A stretch of 32,000 nucleotides of DNA, taken from the NCBI GenBank assembly GCA_000743035.1, contig CP008936.1, positions 420,001 to 452,000 of the forward strand. Direction: 5' to 3'. The position numbers were made by a program, and so were the translations under genes. This document shows, one piece after another, positions 14,595 to 21,896 of the stretch (the stretch's first letter is position 1; every line of letters begins with the position of its first letter). The notes beneath the pieces were generated by a model, which was not told where the DNA came from, ran no database searches, and worked only from the letters and a program-made list of their open reading frames with translations. Source of the stretch: Candidatus Paracaedimonas acanthamoebae (GTDB taxonomy: Bacteria; Pseudomonadota; Alphaproteobacteria; Caedimonadales; Caedimonadaceae).

Positions 14595-15818
14595 TCACGC
14601 GGCTATAACTTGGGAACGTTGTATTATTGCAAGAATTTCTGCTTTTTGACATTCAATGTACACTCGAACTCGAGATTGAATTTCTGCTTGCCTCTCAGGA
14701 GTTAGGTAGGTCTCTGCATCAAAAAAATCCTTAGAGATTCGCGCCTTCATGTAGTCAATTTTCTTGTATTTTCTAAAATATTCTAAAGCTTCTTTTGGTA
14801 ATAGATTGAGAAGTTCAATGCTATCCCATTCTGCTTGGATATAGTTAGATATGGTATGAGCAGTTTCTTCAGAAACTTCAGGATATTCTGTTAATCCTAA
14901 GCATGCTGCATATGAGAATAAATCCGTCTTTGCAAGCCATCTTAAATAATTAATAACCCCTAAAGTAGCTGGAATTGGTGAAGTTTGTTTAACTTGTTCT
15001 TTTGAATAACCTAGTTCCATCAGTCCTTTTAAAAGCATATTACTATGCCAATAATTACCTGTAAGTGTATTACACAATTTTTCTTTCAATTCTTGGTTGG
15101 ATATGTGAGAGATAGCTTCTCCCAAATGTTCTGGAAAAGCAGAAACATAATGATAAAGCGCAAAGAGATTTTGGATCAAAACATCTTTTAGGTATTCTAA
15201 ATCATCGTGGTTATTCACATTGGGGTTTTGCAAAGACTTTACTCGGTAGTCTCTCTCTGTATTCATAAGGTGAATGTAAAATGTTGAAGCAGGAACCAGG
15301 CTTTTACTGCACAATATAAGAAATCCAGTTTCATATAGCGGTTGCAATAAATGCAGAACTTCTTTTGCTGAGATAGAGAATTGACTCGCAATATCAGTAA
15401 TTGTCTGCAGGCCGTTTAAATGAGAAAGAAAACCATATAATTTAGTTCCAAATTTTGGTGTAAATTCCACGGTTCTACATGAATCATCAAATCCTTTAAT
15501 AGAGCTCTTAGTGCAATTAAAGCTAAATACATTAATAGCTTGTTTTGCTAATTCATTAAAAGTAGCTCTTGAAGATTGGAGATGTGGGCTAATGAAATTA
15601 CATTTCATATATGGCCTCCGTTTAAAGCAAATATCTTCATCTAATTGTATAATTAGTTTTGATAGAGTTAATGTTCGAGACTCACTTTGATTATAATCTT
15701 GCTTCTCAATTAAATGAATTATTGAAGCAAAGATTGACTTAAATTGCTGCAATTTAAGTGTTTCATTAATAATGATTTGCTGATCTTCGGCAAATTGATA
15801 TTGATTTTTCCCAGACAT
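14595..15818 (-). CDS. Protein with a PqqD/RRE-like winged-helix segment and a heme-oxygenase-like (PF14518/PqqC-clan-like) C-terminal domain (tentative)
   Basis: 407 aa. The central KLYGFLSHLNGLQTITDIASQFSISAKEVLHLLQPLYETGFLIL resembles PqqD/RRE helices. The C-terminal LFALYHYVSAFPEHLGEAI...NYWHSNMLLKGLMELGYSKEQV...LEYFRKYKKIDYMKA resembles HO-like diiron enzymes. Several expected His/Glu ligands appear to be replaced. Confidence 0.4.
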   Translation of the reverse strand: MSGKNQYQFAEDQQIIINETLKLQQFKSIFASIIHLIEKQDYNQSESRTLTLSKLIIQLDEDICFKRRPYMKCNFISPHLQSSRATFNELAKQAINVFSFNCTKSSIKGFDDSCRTVEFTPKFGTKLYGFLSHLNGLQTITDIASQFSISAKEVLHLLQPLYETGFLILCSKSLVPASTFYIHLMNTERDYRVKSLQNPNVNNHDDLEYLKDVLIQNLFALYHYVSAFPEHLGEAISHISNQELKEKLCNTLTGNYWHSNMLLKGLMELGYSKEQVKQTSPIPATLGVINYLRWLAKTDLFSYAACLGLTEYPEVSEETAHTISNYIQAEWDSIELLNLLPKEALEYFRKYKKIDYMKARISKDFFDAETYLTPERQAEIQSRVRVYIECQKAEILAIIQRSQVIAA

Positions 15819-16035
15819 AATGTGCCCCTATTTTTAATGTTAATGGTTAACAACTACTATTGTCATTATGGCGATAATGATTAATATTTTCTCATTTGTC
15901 AATAAATATTTTACATAAGTGGTTGATATTAAATGATAATAATTGAGATAAAAATTTTATATCGCAAAAAATGCAATATATTTGACTAATTGGCGTAGAG
16001 TATTAGGCTTACACTAAAGCCATACTAAAAATTTG

Positions 16036-16044
16036 TGCTATAAT
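16036..16044 (+). promoter_or_regulatory. Possible extended -10 promoter element (TGcTATAAT)
   Basis: TGCTATAAT is an exact TGnTATAAT match in the 442-bp AT-rich divergent intergenic region. It has no convincing -35 element. It would give a 5' UTR of about 210 nt for the hydroxylase gene. Confidence 0.25.
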
Positions 16045-16260
16045 GAAAGTGAAGTTTCTTGTCTTGATAATATATTAATTTGTAGAAGTATATGATTTTA
16101 TCTTCTAATTATTATGTCAAAAATTAATAGTTAAAATAAGTTCTTTAAGCTGTAAAAAACCTATTAGAAAATCTCTAGTAGACAGCTAAACTTTTATTAG
16201 CTATAGTCTTTTAAGTAACCATTTGCTAGTTAAATAAGTGAAACTGAAAAATACGCTAAG

Positions 16261-17853
16261 ATGGCAGATAAATCAAAATATTACCTTAAAGATCATGTAA
16301 AATTTGAACCAGCAATTTTTCATTGGCCTGCTTGGCCTCAGACAGTACCTCCTGTAAACGCTGGTCTTCATGTTAAGAACCGTTATCTAAAAATTATGGA
16401 ATCTTATTTAGAGGCTCCAGAGGTTCATTATGCAGCTGCTAATGATCCTAACCTGATAGGAGGACCCTTCATCAATATTGATCCTAGCCAACAAGGATTA
16501 GTTCAGGAAACATATTTAAATATAAAACTTGAAGCTAAAGATTTAATTGAACTTGCTGATGGGGTTCATGAATTAAATAATCTTATTATCAAGGAAGCAA
16601 AAGGGCATGGAATTGAGTCATTATATAAACAAATACCTTCGTCGCTAAAAGGAATGGTTGAGCTGACCTATGATCTCAACAATTTTCCAAGATTGCGTTT
16701 AATAGAGCCCCTTCTTTATAAGCATTACTACAATGCAAAGCATCAATCTGTCATAATGAGCTTGATTGATAAAGATTTTAGGCCTTTTGTGTTAAGTACG
16801 CCTCTTATTGCTCAGGGGAATGACATTAAGATTAATATGCCTTTCCATGATAGATTATATGATAAGCTTTTTTCTGCCCGCAGTTTGCCAATATCAAAAG
16901 ATTTTATTGCTGAAATTTTTGAGACGACAAACCCTCAACATATTATAGATGTATTTTTCCAGGCATCACCGTCTAATGAGTCTTCAGAAAGTACCTACCA
17001 AGGTGATGGTCTTAGGATTCGATACTTTGGACATGCGTGTGTACTTATTGAAACAAAAAATACGTCGATTTTAATTGATCCATTAATTAGTTATAGATAT
17101 CCAAATGACTTAAAAAGGTTTACCTTCGCTGATCTCCCTGAACGTATAAATTATGTCTTATTTACTCATACACATGAAGACCATATTGTTTTCGAAACAA
17201 TATTACAGTTACGTCATAAGGTCGATAACTTCGTCTTACCTAGAGATCGACAAGGTAACTTAGCTGACCCGTCTATACGTTTAACAATGGAACATCTTGG
17301 ATTTAATAATCTGATATCACTTGAGGAATTCGTATCTATTCCAACACAAGACGGTGAAATTATAGGATTGCCTTTCCTGGGGGAACACTGCGATGTCGAG
17401 GTGACATCTAAATTAGGATATTGTGTTGTGTCCAAGAATAAGAAATTTTTATTTTTAGCAGATTCTAATAACATCGAGCCTTATATGTATAAATTGATCT
17501 TTGATGAAATTGGCTCAGTAGATACAACTTTTATTGGGATGGAATCTGTTGGTGGTCCTTTGAGTTTTCAATATGGTGGGCTTATTACGATTCCAATTGA
17601 ATATGGGATGGATCAATCAAGGCGCTTATCAGGATCAGATTTCTTAAAAGCTATTAACATTGTTGAGCAATCAAAATGTAAAAATGCATATGTTTATGCG
17701 ATGGGGCAAGAACCATGGTTGAACCATTTAATGGCCTTAAATTATAATGAAGAATCGCCCCAAATAGCTAACTCAAAGAAGTTTGTTAGTGAATGTAAAT
17801 CAAGAGGTATTCATTCAGAATTGCTTTTTGGGCAGAGAGAATGGCAACTTTAA
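16261..17853 (+). CDS. CmlA-like non-heme diiron beta-hydroxylase (metallo-beta-lactamase fold) acting on carrier-protein-bound amino acids
   Basis: 530 aa, against about 532 aa for CmlA. The N-terminal approximately 245-aa domain is followed by an MBL fold starting at LRIRYFGHACVLIE. The HxHxDH motif is FTHTHEDH near residues 302-307, matching CmlA numbering. The gene is adjacent to the NRPS. No obvious SD precedes the ATG. Confidence 0.6.
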   Translation: MADKSKYYLKDHVKFEPAIFHWPAWPQTVPPVNAGLHVKNRYLKIMESYLEAPEVHYAAANDPNLIGGPFINIDPSQQGLVQETYLNIKLEAKDLIELADGVHELNNLIIKEAKGHGIESLYKQIPSSLKGMVELTYDLNNFPRLRLIEPLLYKHYYNAKHQSVIMSLIDKDFRPFVLSTPLIAQGNDIKINMPFHDRLYDKLFSARSLPISKDFIAEIFETTNPQHIIDVFFQASPSNESSESTYQGDGLRIRYFGHACVLIETKNTSILIDPLISYRYPNDLKRFTFADLPERINYVLFTHTHEDHIVFETILQLRHKVDNFVLPRDRQGNLADPSIRLTMEHLGFNNLISLEEFVSIPTQDGEIIGLPFLGEHCDVEVTSKLGYCVVSKNKKFLFLADSNNIEPYMYKLIFDEIGSVDTTFIGMESVGGPLSFQYGGLITIPIEYGMDQSRRLSGSDFLKAINIVEQSKCKNAYVYAMGQEPWLNHLMALNYNEESPQIANSKKFVSECKSRGIHSELLFGQREWQL

Positions 17854-17908
17854 AACCTCTGGCCCAGGGTATAGAATCATATTATTGGAATAAAGACTTT
17901 TTTTTCTA

Positions 17909-18730
17909 TTGTCAAAGCGTTGGAAGATAAAAAAAAGAAAAAATTTTCTTGATATAGGATGTGGCCATGGGGGGTGGATAAGTCAACTTCTAACAGTGCT
18001 AGCAGAAGGTTCAAATATCAGCTTAGTTGATATATCAGAAGAATACTTAAATAAAGCAAGAATAAATCTTAATAAGATAAAAGGATACACACTATCATAT
18101 TATCTTGCAAATGGTACGCAATTGCCGTTCAAAGACGATTCATTTGATTTTGTTACTTGTCATCGCGTATTAATGCATATTGCAAATCCTTCTTTAGCTA
18201 TTCAAGAAATGTGGCGGGTATTAAAACCTGGAGGGATTGCTGTTATTCTTGAACCTTGTTCTTTAGCTCGGTCAATAAGCTCTTGCTACCGTAGAGAGAT
18301 AGAAGATAATCGAGAATTTGGTATGCTCGCGCGGTTTCATGAAATAGCAGAAAAGGGTAAGAAAAATCTTAGTAAAGGTGATAATTCTATAGGGGAAGAG
18401 GTTGCACTATTACTGCAGCAAACCAATTTCAAGAATATTTCAACTGTTATTAATGATAATGTTATGCAGCTTTTACCCAACTCTGGTGATGCTAAACAAA
18501 TGCTCTATAGGCAAGAAATTAAAGAGTGGTTCAAGCAGCGCTTTTATTCAATTTGGGAAGAGTATGAAGCAGAAAACTTTTTCTTGGCTGGTGGTGGGAC
18601 GGCAACGGAATTTAAATATTATCAATCACTCATAACAAACCTCCATAAAAAAATCTTACAGCGAGTCAATGAGAATAAAGCTCACATTATAATTAATGAT
18701 CTTATCTATGTGAGCTGGGGTTACAAGTAA
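17909..18730 (+). CDS. Class I SAM-dependent methyltransferase. The 5' end is probably disrupted by a frameshift at a T8 run.
   Basis: Motif I is FLDIGCGHGGW and the post-I/II region is LKPGGIAVILEP. The ORF-track start is TTG, only 13 codons before motif I. A plausible N-terminus (MATLKPLAQGIESYYWNKDFFF) lies in another frame from ATG 17841. Confidence 0.75.
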   Translation: MSKRWKIKKRKNFLDIGCGHGGWISQLLTVLAEGSNISLVDISEEYLNKARINLNKIKGYTLSYYLANGTQLPFKDDSFDFVTCHRVLMHIANPSLAIQEMWRVLKPGGIAVILEPCSLARSISSCYRREIEDNREFGMLARFHEIAEKGKKNLSKGDNSIGEEVALLLQQTNFKNISTVINDNVMQLLPNSGDAKQMLYRQEIKEWFKQRFYSIWEEYEAENFFLAGGGTATEFKYYQSLITNLHKKILQRVNENKAHIIINDLIYVSWGYK

Positions 18731-19476
18731 TGGCCGAGTGGTTCATAAAATATTCTTCTGGAAAGGAACCTAAATTAAGAGTTTTTTGTTTTCCGCCTGC
18801 AGGAGGAAGTGCCTCTGAGTTCAGAGAGTGGAGAAATTATTTTTGTGATGAAATAGAAATTTTAAGTTTGCAATTACCAGGCAGAGAAACAAGGTTTTCT
18901 GAACCTTTGGTAACAGATTTTGCAGAGTTAATAATTAGATTACATGAAGAAATAAGGAATTTACTTAATATACCATATATTTTTTTTGGACATAGTTTAG
19001 GAGCCTTAATTAGTTTTGAGCTCATCCACTCTTTGAGGAGGCAGAACTTGCCGCTTCCACGCACATTTATTGCTTCAGCAAAAGAAGCGCCTCATTGCCA
19101 TGTATTGCCAAAAGAACAAGACATCCATAATGACTCATGGTTGATTGAGCGTTTAAAATCTTATGCGTCAATGCCGGAAGATTTTTTCGCTTCCCTTGAG
19201 TTTAAGGAAGTATTTTTTCCTTATATTAAAGGAGATTTTTTACTTTTATCTTCTTACAAATTCAAAGAGCCTCCTTTGCTTAATCTCCCTATCATTGCTT
19301 TACATGGCAGCAATGACCTTACAACACGGATTCATAAGGTTCAGGCTTGGGAAAAACAAACTCAAAAGCCCTTTAATTTTTATACTTTTGAAGGCGGGCA
19401 TTTTTTTATTCGAGAAGCTAAAGCAGTGTTCTTGCAATTCTTGGCATCTGAATTAAGCTCAAAATTCCTACAATAA
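18730..19476 (+). CDS. Type II thioesterase (NRPS/PKS editing, alpha/beta hydrolase)
   Basis: 248 aa. Motifs are VFCFPPAGGSASEF, the nucleophile elbow GHSLGALI and the C-terminal GGHFF. It has a TAATG overlap with the methyltransferase stop. Confidence 0.85.
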   Translation: MAEWFIKYSSGKEPKLRVFCFPPAGGSASEFREWRNYFCDEIEILSLQLPGRETRFSEPLVTDFAELIIRLHEEIRNLLNIPYIFFGHSLGALISFELIHSLRRQNLPLPRTFIASAKEAPHCHVLPKEQDIHNDSWLIERLKSYASMPEDFFASLEFKEVFFPYIKGDFLLLSSYKFKEPPLLNLPIIALHGSNDLTTRIHKVQAWEKQTQKPFNFYTFEGGHFFIREAKAVFLQFLASELSSKFLQ

Positions 19477-19479
19477 GCT

Positions 19480-20361
19480 TTATCTGTATTGTGACTTGTA
19501 CAAAGGGTAGAGGACATCATTAGGAATTCTGCAAGATACTCCTAGAAATGAAATAAAGTTCCAGTAGTGACATATAAGGCCATTTACTCTTCCTGAAGTA
19601 AAGGCTTCCATAACACTTTTGGGGGTGTGCCAGTCGATATTCATTGAAATGTTAACATTAAGCCCTCTAACATAGTGTAGCGTATAAGGTGGCATGTAAA
19701 GAACATCCCCACCTTCTAAGATTGCTTGTTGTGGTTGCGCATCCTTAAATAAAGGAAAATGATTAAAATCTGGATGTTCTGGATCTACATTTGAAAAAGT
19801 ATTGCGAGGGTAATCAATGTAGCATTTATCAATTTGCTGGTAGGGAATTAAAATAAACTTCTTCTTACCAGAGATTTGAAAAAATGTATTATGTGTCCCT
19901 AAGCTATCATAATGTAGGCGGGAGCGTGTGTGCCTGTTACCATAGAAGAAAAATAGATCTCTTCTCCAATTTTTATGATACCATTTCCCAATTAAATGCT
20001 GGGGGTTTAGATCCAGATCTTCAAGAAGCTTTTCACCAAGCTTCATTAATTGAAAGTTATATAAATAAAGCTGCTGAGTATCGTCCATTAAACCTTCTTG
20101 TAACAAATCGTTATTATGGATAAGTTCGATGTACTCCTCGACAGACATAACCTTTTTTTGATTTTGATTTGTTGGGCCATAATGGACTTTTACTAGGGTT
20201 TTACCGCATACGTTAGTGATATAATTTTTATCCCAGTTTTTAACGGCTCTACTATTTAAATAATATCCCTTAATAACAACTGGTTTCTTTTGAAAATATT
20301 GTGCAAAGAAAAGGTCTTTATCATGAGAAGCTATGTAATCAACATCTGGATATATCTGCAT
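19480..20361 (-). CDS. JmjC/cupin-8 family Fe(II)/2-oxoglutarate-dependent oxygenase
   Basis: 293 aa. The HxD motif is in RLHYDSLGTHNTFFQISGKKKFILIP and the distal His is in GDVLYMPPYTLHYV. It is convergent with the thioesterase gene, with only 3 nt between the stops. Confidence 0.7.
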   Translation of the reverse strand: MQIYPDVDYIASHDKDLFFAQYFQKKPVVIKGYYLNSRAVKNWDKNYITNVCGKTLVKVHYGPTNQNQKKVMSVEEYIELIHNNDLLQEGLMDDTQQLYLYNFQLMKLGEKLLEDLDLNPQHLIGKWYHKNWRRDLFFFYGNRHTRSRLHYDSLGTHNTFFQISGKKKFILIPYQQIDKCYIDYPRNTFSNVDPEHPDFNHFPLFKDAQPQQAILEGGDVLYMPPYTLHYVRGLNVNISMNIDWHTPKSVMEAFTSGRVNGLICHYWNFISFLGVSCRIPNDVLYPLYKSQYR

Positions 20362-20480
20362 AAATTTTTTTATTCCTCACAAGAATATAATAAATGAGAT
20401 AATAGTCACCTATATTTACTCTTGTCAAACATGTGAGAATAAAATATTTGTAAAAATACAATTCTTGAGGGGAGGAAAAA

Positions 20481-21779
20481 GTGACTATTGCTATATCTGA
20501 GCTATCAAATGGTATCCGTCTTGGGTTGAGAGAGTCTCGTGATGCTAAGCAAGTCGTATTATGCTTTGCAATTGGAGCAGGAACAGCTTGTGAGAACGAG
20601 CAGTTAAATGGAATTGCTCATATGGTCACACATATGAATATTTTAGGTTCTCTTAAAAGGTCAGGCTGGGATATTTCCACTGAAGTAGAAGCGACCGGCG
20701 CTGAAATTCAGTTCTTTGTGCATCCCGAAAAAACTGAATATTATCTCCATCTTCCTTTCTCCAAAGTAGAGAAGGGGATAGAAATTATGGCAGATTGTCT
20801 ACTTAATGCCACGTTTCCGGAAGAAGCCTTAAATAGAGAAAAAACAGTTATTGAGCAAGAGATTGTTGAAAGACATGACAACCCTTTTGTATTAGCGTCA
20901 GATTTATTCAACGAGGCAAGCTTTCCAAACCAAGGATATGGTTTTTGTCCTTTGGGGACTAAGGAGAGTATGTACAACCTAAGCTTAGACGCTCTTAAAA
21001 ATTATAAGCAAGAATACTTCTATCCTAAAAATTTTGCTATAGCTGCTTATGGTAATATAGGTATGGACTATCTTCTGAAATGCGTTGATCGCTTTTTTGG
21101 TAAAGCATCTAATGGGGCCAAGACGACCTATCCTATAAGAATTAAGCCTCAGTTCATAAATGGGCATAAATATCTTTGTAGGCCACAACGTAATGAGCTG
21201 GCACATGCTTTTATGGGGTTTCCCCTTTCTGAAAATATCTCTGAGAATGTCACGGCATATATTATCGCGAAGATTCTTGGCTCAGGCACATCCTCTAGAT
21301 TTTTTCAAGAGCTAAGGCAGAAACGTGCGCTTGGTTATACCATGGCTTCAAAGGTAGATAGCTTTGGAGGTATGGGGTTACTTAGGTTCTATTTCTCAGG
21401 GTGGAAGAAAACACAGGAGCATGACCTATTAGGTGAAGCTTGTAAGCTTATTAACAAGTTTCCCTATAACATAACAGAAAAAGAAGTGAATGCAGGTAAG
21501 AATAAGGTCATACATGAGATGGAATTGGCTATAGACAACCCATTTTCTAGTGTTGGTATGTTGGCTGAGCAGCTTCTTTATGGGGGTGATCCAAATCAAA
21601 TGGAAGATTATGTTAATGCTATTCGCTCTATTTCTTTTCCAGATGTTGTTAATGGAGCTCGAGCTATTCTAACAAGAGAGCCATCGATATCCTTTGTTGG
21701 GTCTTATGATGCACCGCCATATAACGTACTAACGAGTATATTACATGAAAAGGTCAAAGAAGGAATGGTAGCCGCTTAG
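20481..21779 (+). CDS. M16 (pitrilysin/insulinase) family protein lacking the catalytic Glu (HxxTH instead of HxxEH)
   Basis: 432 aa. The GTG start is preceded by GAGGGGAGGA. The sequence NGIAHMVTHMNILGS aligns with G-x-A-H-x-x-E-H-x-x-F-x-G. The downstream REKTVIEQEIVERHDNP block is typical of M16. Confidence 0.75.
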   Translation: MTIAISELSNGIRLGLRESRDAKQVVLCFAIGAGTACENEQLNGIAHMVTHMNILGSLKRSGWDISTEVEATGAEIQFFVHPEKTEYYLHLPFSKVEKGIEIMADCLLNATFPEEALNREKTVIEQEIVERHDNPFVLASDLFNEASFPNQGYGFCPLGTKESMYNLSLDALKNYKQEYFYPKNFAIAAYGNIGMDYLLKCVDRFFGKASNGAKTTYPIRIKPQFINGHKYLCRPQRNELAHAFMGFPLSENISENVTAYIIAKILGSGTSSRFFQELRQKRALGYTMASKVDSFGGMGLLRFYFSGWKKTQEHDLLGEACKLINKFPYNITEKEVNAGKNKVIHEMELAIDNPFSSVGMLAEQLLYGGDPNQMEDYVNAIRSISFPDVVNGARAILTREPSISFVGSYDAPPYNVLTSILHEKVKEGMVAA

Positions 21780-21896
21780 GGTAAATATTATCTTTCTATA
21801 TAGTTACTAGCTAGCCTGTATATGATGCTAATAAAGGTTATGTAAAGTCTAGTCTAATTTTAACCAATTACATTTAACACGAATAATTAAATTATT

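Noticed and set aside
15819-16260. Mini-ORFs in the 442-bp divergent intergenic region (for example MLMVNNYYCHYGDND at 15837 and MAIMINIFSFVNKYFT at 15868) as alternative precursor peptides
   Set aside because: None has a Shine-Dalgarno sequence. The region is extremely AT-rich, so short ORFs are expected by chance. I keep it only as a promoter region.
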